IMG/VR virus record: IMGVR_UViG_3300032287_004273
Coordinates: 1 to 64,000 of that record
DNA from: a virus
Reading direction: 5' to 3' (one strand)
DNA length: 64,000 nucleotides
The notes beneath the pieces were generated by a model, which was given only the letters and a program-made list of their open reading frames with translations, was not told the origin of the DNA and searched no databases. The translations under genes were made by a program, and so were the position numbers. Numbering within the stretch: the stretch's first letter is position 1; each line of letters opens with the position of its first letter. This document shows, in pieces, positions 49,717 through 58,847 of this stretch.

Positions 49717-49818
49717 AAAAAAATTTACACCAACGTAGCGGCGACGAACTAAAATAGTTGTAAGTTATTGCAGCAACAAAACTTCCAAAAATTTTATGCG
49801 ATGAGCCAAATAATAACC

Positions 49819-50050
49819 ACTAGGCAAAATTTGCCTAGTAACTCAAAAAAAACTCAAAAAATTTCATGACCTCGGCCAAATAAAGAGGTAGGCAATTTTT
49901 GCCTAGTACGTAAAAAAGCAAAAAATTTCATACAGCTCGCCAAATAAGCGCCCCTCCCAACTAGGCAAAATTTGCCTAGTAGATAAAAAGCAAAAAATTA
50001 CCAGCAACCAAGCAAATAAATACCAGGGCAGCTAGGCAATTTTTGCCTAC
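49819..50050. repeat. Four TAGGCA-N5-TGCCTA palindromes at about 71-bp period
   Basis: Copies near 49821, 49889, 49962, 50033, each preceded by CAAATAA and A-tracts; related copy at 49187. Confidence 0.9.
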
Positions 50051-50274
50051 CATTTAGTTATCGCCACCAATATGGTTAGTCACACAATTTCTTTTGTTTC
50101 TATGCTATTATATAGTAACACAAATCTAAACGTGTTTCGGGCAATCAAAGCAAATCAAATCTTATATCAGACAATCAAACAAAAACAAAAACAATTTGGT
50201 GATTTAATTTTTTTTGATTTAAATGCGGCCAGGGGCTTGACAACTCCATTTCTTTCTGATTTAATCTCTCCCAT

Positions 50275-50574
50275 ATGAATACCCAATCCTATGCTCAAAC
50301 CGTAAACGAAACTGCAGCAACCAAGCGTGGACGTGGTCGCCCCGCAGGTTCGAACAGTTTTGCAAACGTACAAATCAAACAGTTGCTTACGCTTCTGTCT
50401 GAAGATGCAGTTGTTCCTGTCTCACGTATCTGGTTGCGTGATACATTTGGTGCGATTGCAGAACCCGCACCTGTCATCATCAACACAGCTAACAATACTG
50501 TAGTAGAAAATCAAACAGAAGAAAAAATTCAGTTCCACATCGAAAAATTTGAGGACGCGAATTGTCCTTTTTAA
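50275..50574 (+). CDS. AT-hook-containing putative DNA-binding protein
   Basis: KRGRGRP motif; TTGACA-N17-TTTAAT promoter. Confidence 0.65.
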   Translation: MNTQSYAQTVNETAATKRGRGRPAGSNSFANVQIKQLLTLLSEDAVVPVSRIWLRDTFGAIAEPAPVIINTANNTVVENQTEEKIQFHIEKFEDANCPF

Positions 50575-50610
50575 TTGACATTTAAATTCCACCCCTATAT
50601 ATTTGCTCAC

Positions 50611-51534
50611 ATGTTTGACAACCTCATTGGACAATCCGAAATCAAAGATCAACTAGGCTTCTACTCGAAAGCCTTCCAAAAGACTGGCACTGTACCATTT
50701 ATACTTCTGAATGGTGCTAAAGGTCTGGGCAAGACTGAGTTCCTCAAGGCGTTCAGCAAGACCATCACCAATAGTGATGGCAAGCCGCGCCCTATGCTGG
50801 AACTCAACTCCAGCACCATCAAGAACAATCAAATGTTCTTTGAGCAGATCTTTATGCCCATCGTGCAGGGAAACGAAGTAACTCTTTTCTTCGATGAGTG
50901 TCATGCACTCCCTAACGATCTGGTGATGGCATTCCTGTCCATCCTCAATACAGAACGTACACCTTACAAGGAGTTCAACTGGAGAGAGTATACCTTTACT
51001 TTTGATTTCACTAAGATCTCCATGATCTTTGCAACTACCGAGTTAGATAAACTATTTCCTCCTCTTAAGGATCGGCTGACTGTTCTTGATTTCAAACCAT
51101 ATAATCAAAATGAGTTAGCCGCAATCATCAAGGGTCGCTTGCCAGATGTAGAGTTTGAAGATGGATTGGTTGAGGAGATTGCCACCACCACCAGAGGTAA
51201 TGCACGTGATGCTGTAAAGCGTGCAAAGCAAATCGAATTGTACTGCGAGACCAACAATTCTAATTTGTTTCTTAAGGATGAGTGGAATGATCTTCGTAAA
51301 GTGCTTGGCATCAAACCTTTGGGGTTATCTAATACAGAGGTGCAAGTGCTTGAGATTCTTAACGCTAGAGGGCCATCCACCTTACAAACTATCGCAGCAG
51401 TGACTGGCATGAGTCGTACTGCAATCCAGAAGGATGCTGAACTGTATCTCCTACAGCGTGGACTCATGAAGATCAATGGTGTTCGCGAGCTTACCAGATT
51501 AGGTGCAGACCTAATCAAACAAATGTCAGAGTAG
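50611..51534 (+). CDS. ruvB: RuvB-like Holliday-junction branch-migration AAA+ ATPase
   Basis: LIGQ, GAKGLGKT, LFFDECHAL, FATT..PLKDR, RGNAR, LGL, E.YL...GL...R; ATG 7 nt after TTGACA-N17-TATATT. Confidence 0.75.
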   Translation: MFDNLIGQSEIKDQLGFYSKAFQKTGTVPFILLNGAKGLGKTEFLKAFSKTITNSDGKPRPMLELNSSTIKNNQMFFEQIFMPIVQGNEVTLFFDECHALPNDLVMAFLSILNTERTPYKEFNWREYTFTFDFTKISMIFATTELDKLFPPLKDRLTVLDFKPYNQNELAAIIKGRLPDVEFEDGLVEEIATTTRGNARDAVKRAKQIELYCETNNSNLFLKDEWNDLRKVLGIKPLGLSNTEVQVLEILNARGPSTLQTIAAVTGMSRTAIQKDAELYLLQRGLMKINGVRELTRLGADLIKQMSE

Positions 51535-51549
51535 AGAGTAGTCAAACAG

Positions 51550-51581
51550 CCCCCCTTCGAGTGAAGGGGGGTAACTCTTTT
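51550..51581 (+). terminator. Probable terminator hairpin
   Basis: CCCCCCTTC-GAGT-GAAGGGGGG after ruvB-like stop; weak T tail. Confidence 0.6.
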
Positions 51582-51845
51582 ATGGCCAAACCTCAATATA
51601 TCTTTAGACACTTCAGCATAAGGAAGTCAAGAACTATTTTGTTTCATTGCTTGTATAATCCGAAGACATTAAGAATCACAGCTATGAGTGCATTCAACTT
51701 TGACAGTGGAGTGGGGGAAGAATGCGACTACAGCAAGTTCACCGACGAAGAGTTGAACTACACGCTCGCGTGGTTAGAACTCATGCTCGAAACAAAGCTA
51801 TGGGAAGAGCAAGATGAGTTAGAGAAGGGTAAGGAAGAAGAATAG
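51582..51845 (+). CDS. Hypothetical protein
   Basis: Last plus-strand ORF before the strand switch. Confidence 0.5.
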   Translation: MAKPQYIFRHFSIRKSRTILFHCLYNPKTLRITAMSAFNFDSGVGEECDYSKFTDEELNYTLAWLELMLETKLWEEQDELEKGKEEE

Positions 51846-52028
51846 TCAAGAGTAAAAATTAACAAAAATTATTTCAAATAAGACGAAATAAGTAGGCAAA
51901 AACTGCCAGGGGGAGCCCTGGTCACAAAAGACTACACCCCACCCTTTCGGGTGAGGTGTTTTTTATTGGGGGGAAATTTATTTACTTTTTATTTTTGGTT
52001 GCGAGTGCGAAGACAACTAGTAGAACAA

Positions 52029-52616
52029 TTAAGATTTGCATTTGCTGGGGGCATATGGTTCTCCTGTTTCTAGGTTGATGAGGACAACGTCGTCGATGTG
52101 ACCTCCGTCTTTTACGTTCTTAGCATAGACATCGATCATAAGACTTGGTGTTATATGTCTTGCGTATACATAGATCTTGCCACTCGCAACGTTTCTGATT
52201 GCCCACTTGGCACCTTTTGGTACGCAGAGCCACTTGCTACTGCTATAGCATCTCTCTACTGGTATTCCCAGCTTCCTCATCCAAGACTTCCAAGTAGGCC
52301 CATGTCCCCAACCCTTGTTGACTTCCCAATCTAAAGCGTGTGCCCATTCGTGTAGAATAGTTTCTTTTGCTTTTTGTAAGAAGTTCGGGCTGTTCTTGTT
52401 TATGTGTATTATGTGGGTGGAAAGCTCGATTCGTTTTGTCTTTCCATTATTAGATCTCCAAGCCCTGCCCATTACAGTCCTCAGTCTTTTGTTCCATTTG
52501 ATTTCCCACCCTTCTAGGATGGGATACTGGAGCTTGATCTGAGCAGAGATTTCTTTGAACAATGTATTTACTTCGGCAATCATATTAGTCATCGTCTCTA
52601 AATTATTCTTCGTCAA
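52029..52616 (-). CDS. SprT-like zinc metalloprotease
   Basis: WNKRLR..MG, ETILHEWAHA, GHGPTWK. Confidence 0.85.
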   Translation of the reverse strand: MTKNNLETMTNMIAEVNTLFKEISAQIKLQYPILEGWEIKWNKRLRTVMGRAWRSNNGKTKRIELSTHIIHINKNSPNFLQKAKETILHEWAHALDWEVNKGWGHGPTWKSWMRKLGIPVERCYSSSKWLCVPKGAKWAIRNVASGKIYVYARHITPSLMIDVYAKNVKDGGHIDDVVLINLETGEPYAPSKCKS

Positions 52617-52809
52617 ATTCTTTTTCTCCTAGTGGTTCAGAGTCAATCGAAAAGAAAACTTCGTCTTTGTAAAGATAGTCTCCCTCACCACTAGCAATGT
52701 GAATGCCAGTTACATTGTGAAAGTTATCATATACTTCCACGATTACATGGGAGTCAAGTTGATCGGCAGTCATGCGACCTAAGTCTTTTATTAGTTGTCT
52801 GTATGTCAT
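52603..52809 (-). CDS. Hypothetical protein
   Basis: MTYRQLI..L..MT..QLD. Confidence 0.6.
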   Translation of the reverse strand: MTYRQLIKDLGRMTADQLDSHVIVEVYDNFHNVTGIHIASGEGDYLYKDEVFFSIDSEPLGEKEFDEE

Positions 52810-52828
52810 ATTTTTTAGCAATTTAAAG

Positions 52829-52905
52829 TGGCGTACCCAGCAGGGTTCGAACCTGCGACCAACGGATTAGAAATCCGTTGCTCTATCCAACTGAGCTATG
52901 GGTAC
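52829..52905 (-). tRNA. tRNA-Arg(TCT)
   Basis: GTACCCA/TGGGTAC acceptor; ACGGA-TTTCTAA-TCCGT; CCA. Confidence 0.93.
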
Positions 52906-53253
52906 TTAAAGACAAGGGTGGAAAGCAAGATCTACATCCTTGCGGTGATATTCTTCAGATAGAATGCGCTTTGTCAAGACAATTTCCACCTTGCCAAATG
53001 GATAAACATATATCTCACCATAAGTGCCAGCGCCCATATCGAAATCTGGATAATGCTCCTGTAACAAATGTTCAATTTCATCTTGATAGATTGGAGCAAC
53101 TTCTTTACTGGAAACGAGTTTGTCCCCAAGCGCAAAGTACACGCAGGAATCAAACCAATGAGTACAGGAATCCTCAGAAGTCCAGTGATAGATTGCGTAC
53201 TTTAGATCACGACTCTTTAGAACCTCAACAAGATCAAGCAATGTCTTTTCCAT
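52906..53253 (-). CDS. Hypothetical protein
   Basis: ATG after TTGCCT-N16-TATGAT. Confidence 0.65.
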   Translation of the reverse strand: MEKTLLDLVEVLKSRDLKYAIYHWTSEDSCTHWFDSCVYFALGDKLVSSKEVAPIYQDEIEHLLQEHYPDFDMGAGTYGEIYVYPFGKVEIVLTKRILSEEYHRKDVDLAFHPCL

Positions 53254-53382
53254 ATGCGTCACATCATAAACAATCTTAGCGAGAAGGCAACATTTATTTC
53301 AAAAATATTTACGCACTTGTGCGTAATAACACTTGACAGGGAGCCAGGGCTACCCCTGGGGCGTAACCACCTCATTCTGAGG

Positions 53383-53468
53383 TGGTAGCTAGGGCGGGAC
53401 TCGAACCCGCACGCCCTACTGGGCAACAGATTTTAAGTCTGTTGTGTCTGCCATTTCACCACCTAGCC
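53383..53468 (-). tRNA. tRNA-Leu(TAA)
   Basis: ACAGA-CTTAAAA-TCTGT; long variable arm; GGTTCGAGTCC; CCA. Confidence 0.93.
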
Positions 53469-53483
53469 GAAAGAAAAAGAAAG

Positions 53484-53556
53484 TGGGGACGGAGGGATTT
53501 GAACCCCCAACCAAGCGATTATGAGTCGCCTGCTCTGACCATTGAGCTACATCCCC
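53484..53556 (-). tRNA. tRNA(CAT), probably Ile2 (lysidine-type)
   Basis: GGGGATG/CGTCCCC acceptor; arm GGCGA-CTCATAA-TCGCT is like bacterial tRNA-Ile2. Confidence 0.85.
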
Positions 53557-53562
53557 GAAAGC

Positions 53563-53949
53563 TTACAATTCAAAAGCGAGAATGTTATCTGATGGAAGAA
53601 AGTTCAACTCTGCCTCACCTTCATATAAGGAATATCCTAGCACAGTCAAAGCAAAGACGCAAGCATTATCGTAAGAAAAATCTCGAAAGGAATGGATCTC
53701 TACACCATCATCTTTGTCCACAATGTAGTAGTCTTTAATCTCATCAGATAAAGATTTAGGTTCTACACGAAAGCCCAAATGTGTAAGGGCTTGTTCTTCA
53801 GGTGTTTGCGGTGATTCTTTATCAATCATTACTTGTTCCTGAAAGGAAGTGTCATCTTCGATTAGTGTATACGGTTGGTGCATATTTATTTCTTTAACAT
53901 TAAGCATATTACGACGAGGGTTACGATTAGAGCATCCATAATTAGACAT
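53563..53949 (-). CDS. Hypothetical protein
   Basis: ORF coupled to the upstream gp88-like gene; start uncertain. Confidence 0.6.
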   Translation of the reverse strand: MSNYGCSNRNPRRNMLNVKEINMHQPYTLIEDDTSFQEQVMIDKESPQTPEEQALTHLGFRVEPKSLSDEIKDYYIVDKDDGVEIHSFRDFSYDNACVFALTVLGYSLYEGEAELNFLPSDNILAFEL

Positions 53950-54637
53950 GAATTACAAAGCCCGAATTATCTTTTTTTGCTGGCCCCTTGGCACGCAGTC
54001 CCACGATTGTATTCTTTGGATCAAGGAAGCGAAGATCGTTTTCATCTCCGTCAATGACTTTGAAACCTTCGTGTTCTGTTGGCAAGGGTTGATCTTTTTT
54101 AGTGGAGAAAACAAAGGCTGAATTGTTTCCTTTTGCTAAAGCTGCGAAAGCTTTAACTTGAGACACTTTAGTCTCTGCGCGTGAGAAAGTCAAGTGGTAA
54201 TTTGAAATTGTCAAGTCCAAACGATCAAACAATTTTGTGTAATCATAGAACTGCACACCAGAAAAATGCTGGAAAATGTTTTTGCCCTTGTGGATAATGT
54301 CTTCCCATCTGACATCGGAAGTTAAGTTGAGACGAAACACAGCTTGCAAACTTTTCTTTGCGGCTGATTTGATTCCTGTCTCAATTTCTTTGATTAAATT
54401 ATCCATGAACAAAGCTTGTTCCTCAAAGAAGCTTTTTGTTTTTTCGATTCGCTGTGGCTGAACCATGACACCCATGCCAGCCAAGTTAAGGCATGAATCT
54501 GTGCAACCTTTAGATCTGCCTTGGCAAACTTCATAACCGCTAATGTTAGCGGGTGCAAAGTGAATGCCAAAGGTTTCGTATCCGAAGGATCTGCCCTTGA
54601 GCGTTTTGTAATTAGCAACGGTGAGTAATTTTTGCAT
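53942..54637 (-). CDS. Phage Gp88-like protein
   Basis: C...C..SCL..AG, FRLN.TSD..WE, FYDYTK, NYHLTFS, DGD..DLRF.D, GL.AKG. Confidence 0.75.
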   Translation of the reverse strand: MQKLLTVANYKTLKGRSFGYETFGIHFAPANISGYEVCQGRSKGCTDSCLNLAGMGVMVQPQRIEKTKSFFEEQALFMDNLIKEIETGIKSAAKKSLQAVFRLNLTSDVRWEDIIHKGKNIFQHFSGVQFYDYTKLFDRLDLTISNYHLTFSRAETKVSQVKAFAALAKGNNSAFVFSTKKDQPLPTEHEGFKVIDGDENDLRFLDPKNTIVGLRAKGPAKKDNSGFVIHV

Positions 54638-54919
54638 GGGTGAAGAATATCATGAGCAAGGGGTGGTGCAACAATTATTTCGCAAAATATTTACGCCTTT
54701 AGGCGTAATAGTTCTTGACATCCCAGCCAGGGCTACCCCTGGCCCCCACCCGATGGGTGGGGGTCAGCTTCCCGATAGCGTTGGTTGTCAGTTAAACAAA
54801 CCAAAAAAAGCAAACCAACAATCTATTTGGAAGAGAAAGTAACTGGCCCCCACCCCACTGGGTGGGGGTCAGCTTCCCGATAGTTTAGCTCGCTGAGATC
54901 CCCTCAGAAAACGCGAGCA

Positions 54920-55207
54920 TCATCTATTTGGAAGAATGGAATTGTCCAAGATTCTGTCAAGGTAGAACATTCCGAAGTGTGGTTGCTCCACCTTACCGTT
55001 CTTTGCTACTATGTAGAGAGTGACAGCTTCAGGTGGGCAATGGTTAGTTCCACCTTTTGATCCTTTCTTTACGCCAGTACGAACAGTGTAGGTGTTTGTT
55101 TCACCTTTCTTGTTATGGTACTTGATCGAAAAGAACTTTCCGTTTGTTGTTGCGATAATGCGTTTGCCGATCATATGTGGTGCTGGTTCGAGTGTGTTAT
55201 TATTCAT
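54920..55207 (-). CDS. Hypothetical phage protein
   Basis: GKFFSI...K.G.....RTGVKK..KGG. Confidence 0.65.
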   Translation of the reverse strand: MNNNTLEPAPHMIGKRIIATTNGKFFSIKYHNKKGETNTYTVRTGVKKGSKGGTNHCPPEAVTLYIVAKNGKVEQPHFGMFYLDRILDNSILPNR

Positions 55208-55211
55208 ATAA

Positions 55212-55490
55212 TTATCGTGAAAGATCAACTTGATTGCCATCCTCATCTTCGTCGTCGAAGTCTTCGTCCTCGTCGTCCCAAACAACATCTGGTTCTGTGG
55301 TGTTCATTGCAATGGTAGCGAGCAGATGATCGTAGTCTCCGCTTTGCGCTTCTTTTAGAACCGCACGAACTTCTTCTTGTGACCAACCTTGGCGAAGCGC
55401 GTTGCTTCTCCATGTACCCATAATTGCAAATGCGTTGCCGTCGAGGCCGACCAGTTCCATCTTAACTTTCTTGGTTTTTGTGTTTTGCAT
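55212..55490 (-). CDS. Hypothetical phage protein with acidic tail
   Basis: LVGLDGNAFAIMG...SGDYDHLL; DDEDEDFDDEDED. Confidence 0.7.
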   Translation of the reverse strand: MQNTKTKKVKMELVGLDGNAFAIMGTWRSNALRQGWSQEEVRAVLKEAQSGDYDHLLATIAMNTTEPDVVWDDEDEDFDDEDEDGNQVDLSR

Positions 55491-55580
55491 ATCGCTTGTA
55501 TTGTTTTTTGCTTGGTTGTACGACTCGCAACATTCTGTTGCCCCATCGTAAAGTTTTTTGATAGGTTACCCCATCGACAA

Positions 55581-55823
55581 TCAGTTTTTGCTTTTTGGAG
55601 TCCATACTCTCAACATATCCTCATCCTTCATGATGTCAATCCCAAATCCCAATGTTTGGAAAGTTTTCTGCAAAGTGTATGCTTGCAACTCAAGAATCTT
55701 TTTCATCTCGTTTGATGTCATAGCTTCACCGACAGCTTCCTGCGTAGCCCTGTGGAATGCGTAAAGCATTTCACAAAACTGATTTACCAATGGGGTCAAC
55801 TCTTTGATGGCGTCTTTGTTCAT
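55581..55823 (-). CDS. Hypothetical protein
   Basis: Leaderless: TTGCGC-N16-TATGAT-N6-ATG. Confidence 0.7.
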   Translation of the reverse strand: MNKDAIKELTPLVNQFCEMLYAFHRATQEAVGEAMTSNEMKKILELQAYTLQKTFQTLGFGIDIMKDEDMLRVWTPKSKN

Positions 55824-55964
55824 GTGGGTATCATATACAGAGCAACCGAATGCGCAACATTTATTTCAAAAATATTTACGTCCTTGGACGTAATAGTTAT
55901 TGACAGCCCAGCCAGGGGTGGCCCTGGACCCCCGCCTTTCGGCGGGAGACCATTCGTATGGAAA

Positions 55965-56270
55965 TTAATGTGCGACTACTTCTGCTTCGTCGATTTCTAT
56001 GCAGAACTCTCCGCCGCCAAGGGAGAATTCAAACTTATTGCCTGTAAGGGAAACTTCTTGAGGAAGCCTGCGATCTGTTTTATGGTTAAGCAGAACGCTG
56101 TGATCCATCCCATCTTTCCACCTTTCGAGGTGAACATTGGTGGGAACGAAGTGAGTGATGTTATGCCAGAGGATCAATCTTTCTTTCTTTTTGATTGCTC
56201 TCTTGACTCGCTCAACGTGAGCGTGTTTGACTTTGATCGTGATGTTGGTGTTTCCAATGTTTGTTTGCAT
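55965..56270 (-). CDS. Hypothetical protein
   Basis: Leaderless: TTGCAC-N16-TATGCT-N6-ATG. Confidence 0.7.
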   Translation of the reverse strand: MQTNIGNTNITIKVKHAHVERVKRAIKKKERLILWHNITHFVPTNVHLERWKDGMDHSVLLNHKTDRRLPQEVSLTGNKFEFSLGGGEFCIEIDEAEVVAH

Positions 56271-56432
56271 GTGAGAAGCATAGCAAAAGCTCTCATGCGT
56301 GCAACAATTTTAATTAAAAAAAATTACGCACCTGTGCGCAATAGTTGTTGACAGAAAAGCCAGGGGTAGCCCTGGCCCCCCGCATAGCGGGGGGTGGGTT
56401 GGGAGCGGTGTTACCCGCTCCCCCCGAAGGGC

Positions 56433-57203
56433 TTACGCTTCAGCGCCTGCAAGCTCTTCAACGTCAATCAGTTGGGGCTCAATGATTGATGCGTGACCCG
56501 CAATCGAATCGAAGATTGATTGCATGACCATCGTGCGAGCGGGGAGCTTGGTCAGGTCGGAGCCTTTCAGGTTCTCCGTCACAGAGTTGTACAGGTTCCA
56601 CAAGGTGGGCGTGTTGAACTCAGGGTGACGGGGAGCCTTGAACTCTTGCGTGACGGCGAACACATCGCGAGCGGGAAGCGCCTTAGCTTCAGCGAGTTGA
56701 ACTGAAAGCTCGCACGCACGATCAAAACCGATTTCGGTGTTCTGATACCGATTGATTCGGGTTTCCATATCCGTCCAATGCGAGAGAAGGCGACCGATGC
56801 CCTCAGACAAAACGCGAGGAATGTCGCGAATGATGTTGACGGTGTGACGGCGAGCCAGCTTCACATCGCTGGAAAAGCACAGGTTCTCGCATACGATCAT
56901 GCGGTTGCCAATGCACATACTAGCAGCGAATGACTTGTCGTGCGCGTTACGCAATCCCAAGACGAGCTTGCGCGAATCGCTATTGATATCGGGGCCAGTG
57001 ATCTGGAACCCGCCGAAGTACCGTTGACCGAAACGGCCCAGAGCGTGCTTTTCTTCGGTGACGCTGTAGCCTGCGCGATCCAAAGCGGAAAGCGTTTCTT
57101 CCACAAGGAAGGAATGGCTGATTGGGGTGAAGCTGTCCGTGCCATCTGGGGTACGGACGGTTGCGAGTTCTTCACGGGAGACGAGGTTCTTTGCAATGAT
57201 CAT
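56433..57203 (-). CDS. DUF932-family protein
   Basis: P.SH, RYFG, GLRNAHDKS, VCENL.F, RRHT, TLWNLYN.VTE..K. Confidence 0.75.
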   Translation of the reverse strand: MIIAKNLVSREELATVRTPDGTDSFTPISHSFLVEETLSALDRAGYSVTEEKHALGRFGQRYFGGFQITGPDINSDSRKLVLGLRNAHDKSFAASMCIGNRMIVCENLCFSSDVKLARRHTVNIIRDIPRVLSEGIGRLLSHWTDMETRINRYQNTEIGFDRACELSVQLAEAKALPARDVFAVTQEFKAPRHPEFNTPTLWNLYNSVTENLKGSDLTKLPARTMVMQSIFDSIAGHASIIEPQLIDVEELAGAEA

Positions 57204-57424
57204 ATGTTTGATTAGGTTTAATGGTTAACTGACAGAAGAGAGTCTCTCACAGCTTGGGTTTTAGTGCAACGGATTTTTTTGATTTTGAGCATTTATTTTC
57301 ACCTCAGAAACCATGCCAAGCGCAAATATTTTTGCGCTTGAGCGTAATAGTCTTGACAGCCCCAGGCCAGGGGTAGCCCTGGACCCCGCCTTTCGGCGGG
57401 GTCAAGTGCCTGTGCGTGCCGCAC

Positions 57425-57643
57425 TTACGCCAGATGCGCGATCTTAGCCTCCACAAGGCGAAGGCGCTCGCGTGCTTCGCGCACATGCGCGAGAGCGAAG
57501 TCGGCCACGCCGTTAAGGAGTTCTATGTCGGCCTCTGTGGTGAGACGAGCGACGTTGATGTCGCGGACGCACTCGCGTAACACGCGAAGGCTCGCGGTCA
57601 TGAGTGCTGCGGAGGAGGCGGGTTGTGGTGTGTTTAGTGTCAT
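57425..57643 (-). CDS. Hypothetical protein, paralogue family A
   Basis: RECVRDIN..LT...LL..A.FA...EAR shared with 62042..62296. Confidence 0.65.
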   Translation of the reverse strand: MTLNTPQPASSAALMTASLRVLRECVRDINVARLTTEADIELLNGVADFALAHVREARERLRLVEAKIAHLA

Positions 57644-57644
57644 A

Positions 57645-57848
57645 TTAGGTGTAGCAGACAGGGTGGATATCATCCCTTAGTCCATTCCATTTTCTGTTCA
57701 TCATAATGGAATGGGTGTGCATAACTCTTTTGAGCCTTTGCTTGGATTCTGTCTTGACTTTCTTCAACTTGGAAAGTTCCATTTGCAGATAGGTAATCTC
57801 ATCAATGCTGAGACTTTTTGCGGCTTCAATGATTTGTTTTTTATTCAT
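57645..57848 (-). CDS. Hypothetical protein
   Basis: Packed minus-strand ORF. Confidence 0.55.
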   Translation of the reverse strand: MNKKQIIEAAKSLSIDEITYLQMELSKLKKVKTESKQRLKRVMHTHSIMMNRKWNGLRDDIHPVCYT

Positions 57849-57954
57849 ATTAATTTAATGCTTTGATAATGCTTGCGCTGGAGCCCCCTCTGCGAGAAGG
57901 AGAAACGCAGAGGGAGCTTGCGCATAGCGCAACAGGGGAAACAACAACCCTGTC

Positions 57955-58290
57955 CTACCGAAAGACTCTTGTCAAATGATTATTGACACCGTTCTTGAAA
58001 AACTCATAGTCAACGCAGTCAACCGCATCCAACTTGTACCCACCGATATTCCATTCAAACAAAACGTCTGGGCTGGATGGTACGCGCTTCCATGCGTAGA
58101 TGGTGGCGACTGTATCATTGGGGAATCTTAAGCGCCATTCGATGTTAACTTTTTCGCTTTCATCGATTGGATTATTATGCTTGTCAGGCGCACCGAATAC
58201 AGCAACCAATTGGTCGTATGTGCATGAGATGTAACCTTTGAGCGAGGTTCCGTTGATGAGTGGCGTTCTTCTAACTGCTGTAGTTGTCAT
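57955..58290 (-). CDS. Hypothetical phage protein
   Basis: GTSLKGYI..YD.LV..FG.P, KV..EW, WNIGG; leaderless promoter. Confidence 0.7.
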   Translation of the reverse strand: MTTTAVRRTPLINGTSLKGYISCTYDQLVAVFGAPDKHNNPIDESEKVNIEWRLRFPNDTVATIYAWKRVPSSPDVLFEWNIGGYKLDAVDCVDYEFFKNGVNNHLTRVFR

Positions 58291-58398
58291 GGATAGAAAG
58301 ATAGCACAGGAAAGAGTGCGTGCAACTTATTTTTCAAAAATAATTACGCCCTTGGGCGTAATAGTGCTTGACAGATCCCCAGGGCTACCCCTGGGCGT

Positions 58399-58473
58399 TG
58401 GTGGACAGGATGAGACTCGAACTCATAACCAACGCCTTAAAAGGGCGCTGCTCTACCATTGAGCTACCTGTCC
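58399..58473 (-). tRNA. tRNA-Lys(TTT)
   Basis: GGACAGG/CCTGTCC acceptor; GCGCC-CTTTTAA-GGCGT; CCA. Confidence 0.93.
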
Positions 58474-58541
58474 CTTTGTGCCAGAGCCTCCCCCGCACTC
58501 GCGGGGGAGGATGGATGACACAACACACCTAACCACAGAAA

Positions 58542-58847
58542 TTATCTTGCTGCTTCAAAGCAGTGAGCCGCATGGAGTTCCAGATGTTTGCGGATGTCTT
58601 TAATTTTTTGCTTGACCTCATCTCTTTGAGAGACTGCCATGTTCCAACTCTCATCGCCCTTTGGGTAGTAGTCTCGCTTGTGAAACTCAACCGCAAAAAA
58701 CTTTTCAGAGAATTGTTCTAGCGCACGAAGCGCATCGAAGTACTGTCCACCTAGTGATTTGCCATCGTTGCCATTCATGTGGATGAATGGAAAACAAACA
58801 GAAGGATTATCAAGCTGGACTTGTGATTGTGCTGTTTCGGAGATCAT
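58542..58847 (-). CDS. Hypothetical protein
   Basis: IHMNG...FH.RDYY motif. Confidence 0.65.
   Translation of the reverse strand: MISETAQSQVQLDNPSVCFPFIHMNGNDGKSLGGQYFDALRALEQFSEKFFAVEFHKRDYYPKGDESWNMAVSQRDEVKQKIKDIRKHLELHAAHCFEAAR

Noticed and set aside
49819-50050. Possible mini-CRISPR array
   Set aside because: Repeats are only 17-21 bp, the intervening sequences resemble each other (A-tracts, CAAATAA) rather than being unique spacers, and no cas genes are visible
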